Position numbers and translations under genes: made by a program. A stretch of 62,733 nucleotides of DNA, filler included, from Choristocarpus tenellus KU-1152 (lineage: Eukaryota > Protista > Phaeophyceae), in the NCBI GenBank assembly GCA_964200185.2. It is 10 parts of 10 records of this genome, joined end to end, with 100 filler letters (N's around TTAATTAATTAA, not from the genome) between each part and the next. Parts side by side here need not be neighbours in the genome. Positions count along the whole stretch, not along the records: positions 22,640 to 30,922 come from CAXNAD020004898.1; positions 31,023 to 39,926 come from CAXNAD020004207.1; positions 40,027 to 44,592 come from CAXNAD020013988.1; 7 more parts are not named here. The stretch is one strand, 5' to 3'. Under the pieces are notes generated by a model, which did not search any database, was not told where the DNA came from, and was given only the letters and a program-made list of their open reading frames with translations. This document shows, one piece after another, positions 23,605-40,322 of the stretch. The stretch's first letter is position 1; each line of letters begins with the position of its first letter.

Positions 23605-25989
23605 ATGTCACAACTTCCTCAAGCCAGTTCAATCATCCACCGCGCGGGATCATTAGATCCGTTCAGGTGTGTTGATCTCAGTCAAAACGTTTCGTGGTGT
23701 TGAGCTGAATCGGCACGTCTCTCAGTAATCTTCTCATGTACTAAGACTTCATGGACATACATTTTTTCGAAGAACGCACCTTCTCACTTGCCTCCTATTC
23801 ACCTTTTCCGCGTCTATCTGAAAAGGCAAACCATGAATGACCTTTTTGAAGCAATGGAGAGGGACTTGGCCCCTGTTGGCATGGCCGCCAGGTTCCCAGG
23901 CAACACAGGCGGTGCAGTGACTTCTCGCCACACCTCTCGCATTCAGATTGATTTCCACGAGACTGAGAATGTGAGAATGAGAACAAAATTAGTGGTTGGA
24001 TGTCGTCGATTGTGCCCGAGTCATGACAAACTTGTGTCTCCCCATGTCTTAAAGTGGAGCTCTTCTAACATTCCAGAGTATTGTGCTCTTATTGTCGAGA
24101 TGTTTCCAATACGTACTTTGTTTGGGGCATACACAGCAGCCCCAGAGCCTCCAAATCTCGGCCTTTAGAACCTAGGTCTTCTTGATAGTGGCCCCTTTCA
24201 CAGGGCGTCATACTGATCGAAGAGAGCACTACTTTGAGAATTATTGCAGGTTACATGAGTAAGTGCAAGACCTCTACCTTCGACTTCTTTGGACGAAAAT
24301 ATTGAAGGTAACATAAGGAGTTTTCATGGAATATACTTTTTTGTTTTTCTTTGATTTTGGACTACGAATGACGATATTAACTCTGGCGTGCTCTTCATCC
24401 TTGTGTTTGTTGTTCTTTCTTGTTCTCAAACATTTCGCGCTTTTGTGCCTATGTTTTGTGTAGGACTATCAACTAAACGCCGACCTACCGGGAATCAACA
24501 AGGATGAGATCTCCCTCGATCTTGATAACGAGACGGGTCATCTTAACCTTTCAGCGGAGCGCAAACGTCAACGCGAGGAGGAAGGTGGCAGCGAGGAGGG
24601 TCAACCTAGGTACCGTTTAGATTGTCTACGATGCTTTATCTGAGTCAATCATGACAATTTTTCGTGTGAAGCTCTACTAATGAGTAGGTTAGCCGATATA
24701 TTTGTCAATATTTAGTTTTAGAGATAGCGGGTAAGGATCATATGACAACTTGTTCCACCTACTAACTGTCAATATTACTTAATGAGAGTACACCTCACCT
24801 AATTTCAATACCGCATAATACAGAGTTATTTATTCAAGAGGATTGTGGTTCCTCGCTGTTGCACCGACAGGAGCTCGTTGATAAGAGGACTGTGTGCCTC
24901 AAACCATGACCCTTGGGTCATGGATGAAGACTTCGCGTGATCACATTATGAGTATATAAAGGGTGACATTTCTCTCCTCTTCCCTCGAAAAGCGGACGTT
25001 GCACATAGATTTTGTAGCGATAATGACATTGTTGTTTTGATACTATGATACTTGCATACATAGTTTTATGAATTCTCACTCAACAGACTTCCATAGTATG
25101 CGGCGGTTGCGGAGATGTGAGGACATGTTATGTTTTTAGTTGGAAGACAAAGAGGTCCCTGTAGTATTGTGTATTATCTCGACACTGTACAATGGTACAT
25201 GCATTGCATTGATGGCACAACAAGACAGGGAAGAACTTGGAGGAGAGAAGAACGATCGCGCCTCTACATCTGCATGGATGGCTTAGTGCAGTATGTTCAG
25301 AATGCATTCACGACGCACGGTAGCACCTCAGGACCCACCCCATTGGTGGTGTCCATCTTTGATTTGTCCTTTGTTGGTTCTCACACTTCTGTTTGTAGTT
25401 TCTGATTAACCAACACACCAGCATAGCACGAGCTCTGTTTTCTCTTTTTTAGAAGTTGGAGACAAATACGATAGTTTTTTATACGACCCAAGAATGTGGC
25501 AACAACAACAATTGATGGCTCTCGTATTCAGGCTCAACAATAAGAGTTCTCCACCCGTGATTATCATTATACATACTCCGAAGTACAAGTGGTGTTGAGA
25601 ATAATCAACCATATCCCCTCTGTATACATAGCTTTACAATCTTTAGAAACACACGTGAAGTCATTACTGGAGATCCATCTTGAGTTGTCGTAGAAGCCAC
25701 CTACTCCCGCACTTACACCTGCTCTAACCATTAACATACTGAATTAGATCATTTCATCCATTACACCCTAGATTTGACCATCCCCAATTCGAATCACTGT
25801 CTCTTTTGGTTCAGGTACCATTTCATGGAGCGCAGTTACGGTAAGTTCACACGCTCACTTCGCCTGCCTCAGAATGCTGATCTTGATCATGCTGAGGCCA
25901 ATTATAGTGATGGTGTCCTCCATCTCCGTTTCCCTAAGAAGGACTTGCCCCCCTCTTCTCGCAAGATACCTATCACCTTCGGAAAATGA
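23605..25989 (+). CDS. HSP20: Small heat-shock protein (Hsp20/alpha-crystallin domain), 4 exons
   Basis: Exons 23605-23666, 23826-23970, 24464-24609, 25815-25989 in phase. Peptide IDFHETENDYQLNADLPGINKDEISLDL...YHFMERSYGKFTRSLRLPQNADLDHAEANYSDGVLHLRFPK..RKIPI. Confidence 0.93.
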
Positions 25990-27043
25990 CTTCAACAAGG
26001 TTGAGGGCTGCATGTACGGATATCAGCAGACGTGCAGCAGCAAGATACATACCATTTCACCAAGTTCATCGCCCTTGGCCTGCTGAGGGCCTACGTTTTC
26101 CCTTCTTTATTCCCAACAAATTGGTAGCGGCTGTTGTTGTAGGGGGATGCAGCGAAGAGGGCGCTTGTGGGAGAGGAGGGCTGGTTAGAGCACCAACTTT
26201 GCTGTTGCAGGGAGAATTATTGCTTTTGTGAAAATTGCTTCATTGATCATCTGTTGTCGAACTTGCCCAGCAACTCCACAGTGCTCTTGATGGAATTTTA
26301 TATCCAAGGCAGTCATATGCAGTATGGTTGATGGTGTACTTTTTCTTCAGATTTTCATTTCCCGTGTTATTTTTTCAGTGCATGTCTGCTTGGGCCTTCC
26401 AGAGCTGGTGTTCCTGTTTGAGTACGATTCACAATGTTCCTGATTTCCACTCGTGTTGCCACTTCAATACTTCACTGATTCCAGGAGGCTACATGACAAC
26501 AAGGTTGTTCAATTGTATACGCTTACGATATTTCCAAGACAATGTACATTCAATCACCACTCTTCATGTTGCCCTAGGCATGGATGGCCATGTAGTGGGC
26601 CTGGATGCTCAAAACAGGCATACTAGACTTCGAACCGAGGATAAAAGTGTTCACTACATATATACTACACACATAGGAGGATTCATTTGCTGGGGGAGAT
26701 GGCAAGGAAGAAGGCAGAGCGTGTTACAATTTTAGAGGTGGTGAAGCCTACATATATTCTGATATATAGTATATTCATATCTTGACTGGAGCCATGTAGG
26801 GATCTAATTTTTTTTTATTATCGTAACTGAAGAATCTCGAACGTTCCTCCATGTCCATGGCACCCACATGACTCTTTGAAGAATTCCCTGGATGTACAAG
26901 CAAGGTATTCCAAGACTCTTATTAACATATGAACCTGTTGGATGAACAGGAGCATTGTAACGTGTCCTTGATTTGTACCAAGATCATAGATCTTATATGT
27001 ACGTGATGACATCAGTCAGTGCTTCATAGTACGTGGTAAAGAA

Positions 27044-27224
27044 GACCCAAAGTATCTGGGGGGGGGGGGGGGGGGCTACACCAGGGTGTCCATTTGGATC
27101 AAAATCAGGAAACGTGCACTTACATTATCCATCCGACTCACGCAACCAAATCACCCAAAAATCACGACATGAAAAAATTGGCCCCAAATGGACAGCCGCC
27201 GCCCCCTCCCAGATACTTTGAGCC
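27044..27224 (-). mobile_element. MITE family B
   Basis: GACCCAAAGTATCTGGGG...CCCAGATACTTTGAGCC; full-length copy. Confidence 0.9.
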
Positions 27225-28124
27225 TAGCCTATATATTGAATTATAAAAATATGTAGACTAGTGAGTGGGGTGGACCATTGGGGTTGGGGGGTGGAGCAGT
27301 ATTTTTGGGGACTTGAAAAGGCAGATTGAAACTCACAACATTTGGTATTAATATTCTGTTCCAATTCGCGCATCACAGGTGTTGTCAGGTGGGGACATGG
27401 ATAGAACACAACACTACATAATCCACCTGCAATTTGTACTGGACTAAGAACATATTTTTTATTCGTTCCACAAAAGGTTTCCTTGAAAATATGAACAGTG
27501 ATGTTCGTATTGTGTCAGGGAATATTTACTATCAAAAATGATGTGAAGGCATGCATTGTAGGAACTAGGACCCCAGTAAGTACACAATTACTTCAGAGTA
27601 CCAAAGTCTATATAGTGGACAGGATTGTATATAGCACGAAAGTCCACTCATCAATCCCTAGAATGACGAAAATGGCCAAGGCATTCATAAGCTAAAGTAG
27701 CTGGAGGAGAGAGAGGTGGCGATGGGAGGTTTAGGTAGCGAATGATTGTAAACTTGGTCTTGACTAAAAGGTGGGGTGCAAGCGATGTTCAACTCAAAGT
27801 TGCACCACATATTGACGTGGATGTGGGTGGAAACTTAGTAGCACAGATATGGGATAAGGAGTGTGCATGGGATAGTAGATATCTCATTGTTGTGTTTTTT
27901 GCAAGAGGATGCTGTTCGTGGATTGTGCTGTTGATACACTACAGATACCACTGCTGGAGTAGGAAATAGGGTAGGCAACCAGATTAGATGTATTGATCAA
28001 TTGGTGCCCAGTTGATTTGTGTCATGTTCTAAGTATATTTGTCATACTGAACACAAGTAAGTGAGTGCGATTGATAGTACATTAGAGTGGGCGATTGCAA
28101 ACCCCACACTATAGGAAGAGTAAT

Positions 28125-28382
28125 GAGTGAAAGTATTTTAGAGGGTACGAGTTTTCCCCTGTTTGTCCTTTTGGGACTTGGCTTTCCATGGTCTCTTATT
28201 GACATTTTCCTACTCCAAAAAAATTTGGAGTAGGTAAAATGTATAGGTTGTGAAAAGGTGTGTCCGAAACAAGGATGTTGACACTACCTAACAAGCATGA
28301 TAGCCAAGATTACATCAAAATCGCAACGTTGGATTTTGGACCCCAAATGGACGCGGCTCTACCCTCTAAGATACTTTGGGTC
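28125..28382 (-). mobile_element. MITE family A
   Basis: TIRs intact; 4-bp TSD TAAT/TAAT. Confidence 0.92.
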
Positions 28383-30148
28383 TAATGGGTGCCACCAGTT
28401 GTGAGCGCCATGAATTCAGTCGATGGAACTAAGACTATAAGCCCCTCGTAGCACTAACATTTTCTATTCATACCAACCCACACATTGTCCTGTACCAAGG
28501 CACACGATTGATTGTCTTAACCGCAGGTCTATTGTGGTAGGCTTTAACATATGCACAGGGGGCGAGTCCACTACGAAATACAGTAAGTGATAGAAGGGAG
28601 CGAGTCAAATTAAACGAGAGGTACACATTTTTTGGACGTTTTCCAATATATATATCAGTTTTTCAATATTTCCAACTCACTGATATTTGTATTGGATGAA
28701 GTGCTAGTTTCGACATGAGAAGGATGATTTCTCTATTCCTAAAAACTCTTAAACACAATTCGGAATAAAATATCCTATATGCATCTGTAAAAAAGTAGGA
28801 ATTTGCACATATCTGCAAACATCCTTATAATGCAACTCTGACTAGCTCTCGCTAACTTTGTTTAAGAGCTGGACATGACCAAAGATGTAACTCCACCAAG
28901 AGTGGAATTCACAGAACACCACACTTTACCACTCTGTACACATGTGCGTGTGGTACCAGCCCTCACGGTTTTGTGCTGTCTCTATGAAGTGCACAAGGTA
29001 CATGAGGACCAATTAGATCTCTATGATTGTATCAGATGTAACGCCTCTTCAGGCCTCTCTGCAACAGATTCGGGCACTTGTGCTATCCTGTGAGTTTTGA
29101 AGGTATCATAGCCTTCAGCAGAGTCTGAAGAAAGGTGATTTGGGGCGATGATATCATCATAGAAAGCTCTTTCCAATAATTCGTGCTATGAGTGTAGTGA
29201 GGTGGGAATTCACTCGCGACAAGAAAATTGTGCAACCGAGAAATTATGAGATGATCAGGCATAACACAAAACAAACCACTGGCGATCGTAGTAATCAAAT
29301 AGCGTGATTGTTATGCTGGAAGGAACATCTTATAGGGTTTCATACATTTTCACCAACCAGTGCACCCAACACCTTGCCATTTTTCCACTGCAAACTTCGT
29401 CATACTATCTCTACCCACCACTAACCTGTAACCAGCAAATGCCCTATACAGAAGAAGGGCAGGACCGAAGTTGTCCAGGATCATGAGTATCGCTACACCT
29501 CCAAGCCTGTCAGGAACCAACAATACCACACAACGGCCCACAAGTAGCATGTGTCACGTAGGGATCTACACTCCAAAGAATCCGTCGACAGGAGAGGAGA
29601 CAAGGAGTTTGGTCTTGATGTGCTTCGACAGATTGAAGGTCTAATGCTTCCACGACAAAACAATAGGCTATTAACAATACCTGGCCACACACTGGTGCAT
29701 AGGTGAAGCACGTACTGCGGGGTACTATGCAGTGGAGCTCTAGATCTCAATGCTCGTGGTGAAAAGACGTTCATCGCTTGGATTAGGAACATAACACACA
29801 CAGTACAGAGCATAAAGGGAAGCAGACTTAGGCAGTATCTTTCAGGGATCCTTAAGATCTATACTGAGCCAGCATCAAACAAACGATAGTATTCTGCAAA
29901 CGATTAGTGTCCACTATAGTCTGTTCGTAGATAACAATAGGCCTGATGGGGGTCAAATTGGTTCACACACTTAGTCACATTAGATATACAGTGGGATTTC
30001 ACAATTGACAAGCAGAGTCAAAGAAACTCCAAGATCGCACTTTGCACGTTATAGACAGAGCAGCTCCGAGTCTGAGGTATTATGCCTTCTTGTGACGACT
30101 GCAAGGTCCTATTGACACTTGAGTGCTCAAATGTTTATATTTGAAAAT

Positions 30149-30588
30149 GACCCGAAGTATCTGGGGGGAGGGAGTCGAATTATCTTAGAGAGTAGAGTCG
30201 CGTCCGTTTGGGGGCCAAAATCCAACGTTGCGATTTTGATGTAATTTTGACTGTTGTTTTTGTTAGGAAGTTTCAATATCCTTGTTCCGGACACACTTTT
30301 AACAACATACACATTTTGTTTTACTCTGAAGCAATTTCGGAGTTGGAAAATGTCATTAAAAAAGAACGTTGGAAGCCAAGCCCCAAATGGACAAACAGGA
30401 CAAAATCCGTACCCTCTAGGATACTTTCAATCGGGGGGGGGTCTACACTAGGGTGTCCATTTGGGTCATAAATAGGAAAAGTGCACTTGCATTATCCATC
30501 TGATGTATGCAACCAAATCACCCAAAAATGGTGAAAAAAAATTGGCCCCAAATTGACAGCCGCCGCCCCCTCCCAGATACCTTGAGCC
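30149..30588 (-). mobile_element. MITE family B with a family A copy (30172-30432) nested in its poly-G tract
   Basis: Outer TIRs GACCCGAAGTATCT / AGATACCTTGAGCC with TSD AAAT/AAAT. The inner element is flanked by GAGG/GGGG. Confidence 0.9.
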
Positions 30589-31770
30589 AAATACACCTTT
30601 GTGCCTATGCTGGTATGCTCGATGAGCAGATGCAGAATAGAGGTATCACCTTGATGCCAACCGTCCCATAATCGCAAAAAAAATCGATCTTCATATTTTT
30701 TCTATGTGATGTCATACACACTCAAATGAAAGGGATTAATCGAGTGTTCAATATTGTACACGTGCTTCATGGTTCTCTACATTCCAATCCCTTTAAGTGA
30801 TGTACACCTGCACTAAGCTATGTGAGACTAAGTTCAACCACTTTGCACTACGTGCAGCCAACTTAGAATAACTTCTCAAACGTTGTATGCTCCAATTATA
30901 ATGGGTCAAAGTATCTGGGGGGNNNNNNNNNNNNNNNNNNNNNNNNNNNNNNNNNNNNNNNNNNNNTTAATTAATTAANNNNNNNNNNNNNNNNNNNNNN
31001 NNNNNNNNNNNNNNNNNNNNNNCCATCCTCAATGAAAAGCTCCATCCTCAATTTTTGAAATCGGCTGTTAAAAGCCAATGATAAGTCAACTCAATATCAT
31101 AAGAACTCATGTAATAGTAAGAGTTGTCATAAATGTGAAAGATGTTTTCTATCATTTACTATTCGACTACCAGCTTTGTTGCACCACTCTCCTCCTATTG
31201 GCATAGTATTATAGAACTCATAATATGTGGTGTGTGGTTCAACATGGCATGTTCAAGCCGACAACCACTACATGTGATCCTCTATCTCACAACAACGGAA
31301 AGACATTAGATAGACTTGCCCTGTGTCAATATTTTGTGACGGTTGCTCTTGCAATTAATTATGATACATTTTCAGGAAGACACACGCGTATGCAGTGTAC
31401 GTATACGGAAGAAAATGCAAGTAGTATCATCTAGACTGAGTACAGATTGTCACGTTTTGAAGAAGTGGCTACCTCCCATCCGCCCCAAGGGTCACAAAGG
31501 CCTGGGCGCTGGTGGCACAAGTAACAGCCATGACAATAGATTTCATTGTTTTTGACCTGTGCAAGTATTATTGATAGATCAATTTGTTGTGGTGCACGGA
31601 AGTTGGGAAGTTGGTGTAGGTTGGGAAGTTTGGTCCTGCCCCCCTCCGATTTCCGACTTTGTTCACAACAAGCAAACTGGTATTTTCGTTTTTTTCCCTT
31701 TCTTTGTGTGTTGTACATGTTACTTCCAACTGTTCATCTGCCTTGACTTCATTCATGATGATGTCATCAG

Positions 31771-32095
31771 ATAGTTGAGGCAACTTTATTGTTATTATTA
31801 TACTCGTCACAATCATGTAAATATGATGCTTATAATCACACCAAAATATTGCATATTGTAAACCATATACCTAGTATATAATGACAATATATAGTCTATC
31901 ATTGGTCCATAGTTGAGGCAACTTTTATTGTTATTATTATACTCGTCATAATCAAGTAAATATGATGCTTAGAATCACACCAAAATATTGCATAATGTAA
32001 ACAATATATATATTATATATATAGTATATAATATATAATATATAGTATATATATATAATATAATATATAATGACTATATAGTCTATCATTGGTCC
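31771..32095. repeat. Tandem duplication of a unit of about 138 bp, with a TA-rich expansion in the second copy
   Basis: ATAGTTGAGGCAACTTT...GTCTATCATTGGTCC occurs twice, at 31771-31908 and 31909-32095. Confidence 0.85.
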
Positions 32096-35063
32096 TGATA
32101 CGACGGGTATGTCTTGGTCTGACTTAGTTCACTCGATGAATCCGTCCTAAACCGAACTGCACCTCAATTTCTTCTCGATCATTTCGAGTAACATTGCCTC
32201 TTTATTACTACTACTACGTACTAGTGGAGTATATCTTAGCTCTCCTCCCTCCATCCATAAAAAACAGCCCCCGTTGAACGTATGGAGGACTACAACACAG
32301 TGAACGCTCTCGCATCGACAATACCCAGTTTGGCATGTTTCCTTTGGAATCGACCGGGGTAAAAGCCCTGATCAAGACCCTACTCTCTTTCGCCAAGTCC
32401 AAGGTTGGGAAGATGAGGGGCTTGTTTCGTCCACAGAAGCCGGGTAAGCCACGATCGCGAATCCAGGCTGATGTCTTCTTCTGGAAGAGGCGTGGGAATT
32501 CGAATAACCTGGCAGTAAAATTTCCAGAACGGTATCTTGTAGTTGCCGAAAAGTCTTGCCACCATGACCGATAATAAACATTCCACCTGCTTGCAGCCCA
32601 TCCATCCAATCGAATTCTTCAGCACTCCTTGAGGGTCTACGAGGAATACAACCTCCACCGATACTCTGCCCGGCTCGTCGGGTGTGCACCTGGAAGGAGG
32701 CGACAAGACTTCATCAAAACTCATAAGCAGTAATCACATGGCCCAAACGAACGAGTTGGAGAGGTGAGCTAAACAACACCAAAAATGACTTCGTTCCAGT
32801 CCACTGCTGCTGTGGTTCTCTGATATGGCAGAGGCTTGTTCGAGTTTCGAATGGGAAATAACGCGGATTTCCAAGGACAAAATCCGTCCCTACTCTTGTT
32901 CTTGATACTACAAGCAATGCCCTGACCGCATTCCCTGTCTTCCTCCAAGAGGAGGCCCATAGTTGTTGTGCTTCTATTGGTGCTGCCCTCGAGATCACAC
33001 CCAATCATCACTTGATAATACACCTCATGCACTATATATAGTACTACTTTTTGAAGTGAATATTTCACTCCAACGCACAACCGTTCCTCCTACATGTTTG
33101 CTCCTTCCTCAGCATCAGATTGAGATGGCAACTCCTACATATTCCAAGCTGGAGTCAAGGGTGTTGGGACAGCTTGCCCTTCCACAAGATACACCATTCA
33201 CAAGAACGACATCCTCACAATTACCTTTTCTAGCACTTCAGTCACAAAACACAACGATTGAGGTGTGCAAGATCAGGACTTGAGACTGCATTTCATATAT
33301 GCATGATATCTCTATCTTTATCTCAAGTAGCTATGTGCACCTTGCCGGCGACTCCTGCCAAAATATACTCCATGACATGGTTGTGCTCTACAATCTCATA
33401 TTAATGATTGTCCTTCGCACCTGCCGTTGATAGCTCCTAGTCCCACTCACTTAGTTTCCAGCATCAGAAAGGCGCAATGAGGCAAAACTTGGAGCTTGAG
33501 GCTCAAGCCCGGGGGAAAATGGCCTTGGCATATGTGTCGGTGCCAATAACGACATATTTGCTGCGAGTACCTAACCCTGCCCACATCCTGGAAACTGCCA
33601 TCGAACCCTTCCAGCACAATATCCACTCTGCCAAGTCAGGACTACCTGTGAAAATGTGAAATGGTCAAAAGGAGACGGCTCCCCCACTGTTCCCTTCCTC
33701 CTGGAACTACTGGAGCACAGTGGCTACTACCTAGCGGAGCTTACCCTCCTCTGTCCCCCTCAACAAAGCCCCCTTCCCTCTTAACACCACACAGCATTAC
33801 ACCCTGTAGTGCCCCATCCTGTCTATAGAAGCCCAGCAGTAACCCACTATAGTTGTTGGAAGTGAGACACAGGAATGCTTTATAGTATTATTCCTGGACA
33901 GCATTTTCGCAACATGGTCGTCTGAGCACATGTAATTCTGTAAGCTGTTAATCATTCTGCAGACAAAGTGGAAGGGAACGATTGCAATATGAGGTGTGGG
34001 GATCAAGCGAGGATGTTGCAAGGGACACCCAGGCGAGGAAGAGAGAGCACCTCACCACATGTTCGTCTATGGAAAAAATACGAACACAGCAACACAAATG
34101 GAGCGCAGACCACAATCCCACCTTGGTTCGTCTGGTTGTGTTAATTAGAACTCACCCCACCATCGTTTTCCACTCATCAGAAGGTCCAATGGAGGGGAGT
34201 CCTTACCCCCATGCGCCCACATAGACCTTGAACCAAGGTTTTTGCGTTCATTTTTGGTGATAGGAATCAGGTTACAAAGGTACCCTTATCGCAATAATTG
34301 CCTACAAGTTCCAGTTCCTAGACCTCAAGATGGGTCTCAACACAACAAAGACAACTAAGTCCAAACAGTACCAGATTGCTAACGAACATTGATCACTGAG
34401 GATACCAAATGTAAATCAAGGCAGATATCGCCAGGGAATACTTGCCTGCCCAGGGTATGGCACTGAGTGGAAAGCAAAGGAATTTATCCCTAAACAATGT
34501 CTCTAGGTACCACTATGGAAAAATGTAGAGATCGTGCAACTTGCCATCCTACGGTTGAGGGGGCACAACAACAATGATAACTATCCACCTACCCACACCT
34601 TTACCTATAATGGCTAAGGAGGCTGTTCCCTGCATTATTTTGGTGGGTTTGGATCCCTTTGATGTCAGACTTCTTTTCACATAAATTTGGTTTCTTCAAT
34701 GATCTAATTTGATGCGGCAACCACAATGGATTATTCACCTGTACCGTTCTGTTTCTAGCTATTCTACAAGAATAACAGACCAAGAACGAGGTGAAACCTT
34801 TATGCGGATCCATAAAAATAGGTAGGAGTTGGAAGAAGTGGTGGGAGTGCTGAACTCAACATGGGAGAAGCAAGGCAGGCACTACGGGTTGGGTTAATCC
34901 CCGAACTAGTGTGGAGATAATAAAAATAAGAAAGAATGACCTACAACAACGACAGGACTGAAACAAATCAGAACTACAATTCACACCGATCTGCCAACCA
35001 TCCAACCCTGTACCCACTTAAGTACATGACAAATGCAGATACTACTAAGAGGTGGAGGTTAAC

Positions 35064-35322
35064 GAGTCAAACCAACTGAGAGGTAGGCAGGGTCGCGTTT
35101 TTAGGAAACCCGGAAAAAGTCAAAATGATACCAATTTGTACGAATTTGAAAGAGACTTACCTGAATGGTTGTATCACCTTGTGTGTGGAAAGAGGGAATG
35201 CCAATTTTGCATGAACTAATTTGCACATAAAGCAATGAAATAGAGCATATTACACAGGGTAAGATTGATGACTTATCATTGAAAAGGGTCCAAACCTACC
35301 TACCTCTCGATTGATTCGGTCC
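35064..35322 (+). mobile_element. MITE family D
   Basis: GAGTCAAACCAACTGAGAGGTAGG...CCTACCTCTCGATTGATTCGGTCC, with TSD TAAC/TAAC. Confidence 0.85.
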
Positions 35323-35356
35323 TAACGTCCCTTAGCCGATGTAGAACGCAAAATCC

Positions 35357-35391
<35 letters not shown>

Positions 35392-36503
35392 ATTCAAAAC
35401 CACAACACTGATCCTTCAACTTCAACCTCCATCCCCTCCATCCTCCCACTTTACTCCTGTTTGGTGGGTTTGTGCTAGTGCCTGATTTGTGATCCCTGTA
35501 GATATGGCATTTTTTCATTTACGAAGAGTACGCTAGACAAATATTTAAAACTGTCATCAAAATTAACAGTGATTTTGTTTGGGCGTCCCTGAAATCGCTT
35601 GTCTAGAAAGCACAAAAGGTCCTTCCGTGATCTCTTGTCTACTAGATGGTAGAGATTCTCCTTATCTTTCCCTACAAGCGAGGAACACACAGCTCCACCC
35701 TGTGCCTTTCCTCCCGATGCTGTTCAAGCTCTGTGGGTGCTTAATAGTAGGTGTCCACCTTTTCCTCTTTCCGCCCCAACAGAGCAACCACCGCAGATAC
35801 ACTTCCCCACCATTCCTTTCCCCTTGGAGAAGCTGGATCACAGTAGTGGTGACTACGATATGGCAGAGCTTAACCTCCTCTTTTCCGCTTGAACAACCCT
35901 CCTCATGATACCCACCCCTACAGTATTGCGTATTGCAGTAGTACTCCGTCTTGTCCGGAAGTAGAAGGTCAGTAGAGGTCATCATTATTAAGGACTGGTC
36001 TTACTGATCGACAACCAACAACAAGAAATACTTTGGAGGCGTATCGAGGATTTTCCATTCATGTGAGCACCTGTCCATGAGTGCAGTCAGTCTGCCATTC
36101 ACCCAGGACAGAAGCGGACCCTGATAGGCTGACTGACTGAGGTTATTCCATCAGATCGTCTGCGCGCTAGAAAAATAGAGAAATGCGGGCTTATCGCGCG
36201 ACGAAACCACCTCTTAATTTGCTTTTTGACCTCAAAGCAAGAAAGATATTATCAACAACAGGGTAGAAACTAGAAAGGAGTAGATCGATAGCCGGCTGCC
36301 TGATAAGGCCCGATATAGTGTCGTAGACTTAAACGGGAGAAAACGTTTCCTCTTGAGAAATCTAAAAACAAGACTGCTGGGCCACGCTTGGGTTCGCAGG
36401 TGTTCACTGAAGGTCGTATTTTTGGAGCCACTTGAACGAGGCCCAAGATTCGAAGCTCCCAGTTGGCTTGGACTTGGGACAATCGTTTAGTTGCTTGTAC
36501 CCA

Positions 36504-39615
<3,112 letters not shown>

Positions 39616-40068
39616 GTCAGAATATATCCTTTTTACTGCTCTTGAAAACTAGGACGTCCCTGTGACCTTAAATTGACACGCGATAATACATTGTTCTTGA
39701 AACTGCCAGCACAGGGTGAGTCACATGAATTGGGATACTTTGTAGTCTTGAGACAGTATCACTGGAGGAGCCTGATCACTTCTTGGCTTCACTCATCCGA
39801 CAGACATACACAAAGAGGATTTCCTTGCCCTCAACAATCTGATTGCTATTCATAGCATGTGGCAACAGAGTGAAACTATCTTAGAGGGTACGAATTTTTC
39901 CCTGTTTGTCCATTTGTGGGGCTTGGNNNNNNNNNNNNNNNNNNNNNNNNNNNNNNNNNNNNNNNNNNNNTTAATTAATTAANNNNNNNNNNNNNNNNNN
40001 NNNNNNNNNNNNNNNNNNNNNNNNNNTCGATTCGGTTGGTTTCGTGTAGACATTTCAAAATATCGCAC

Positions 40069-40322
40069 CTGGGGTTGAGAAGTTCCAACACATCCTTACC
40101 CAGTTTGGGGACAAAGTGTGCATTTTCGTGATATTGTGATGCATTCCAGTGAGCAGATGTTTCAGTAACATCTGGTGGTGGTATCACATCATCGGAGGTA
40201 CTTGCCATAAACCGTATGGTCCTTGCTCCTGGCGAAATAACATGGAAGGCTCTGGTGAGACTGGACGTCTGTGTTACCAAAATTACCGTGCAGGTCAGAA
40301 GAGGAGTCGAGTACTTAATCAT
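40069..40322 (-). CDS. Exon 1 of a probable plastid-targeted class I SAM-dependent methyltransferase (Tam-like N-terminus)
   Basis: Signal peptide ending TRA-F, then a transit-like segment, then WNASQYHENAHFVPKLGKDVLELLNP, the segment that normally precedes the LDLGCG motif. GT donor at 40068. The rest is lost at the contig end. Confidence 0.75.

Noticed and set aside
28602-28865. Additional GAGTCAAA-terminated MITE
   Set aside because: The right TIR is too degenerate and there is no second copy in the window to confirm it.
33300-34900. Possible DIRS/Ngaro tyrosine-recombinase remnants
   Set aside because: Only faint resemblance; no catalytic motif could be read with confidence.
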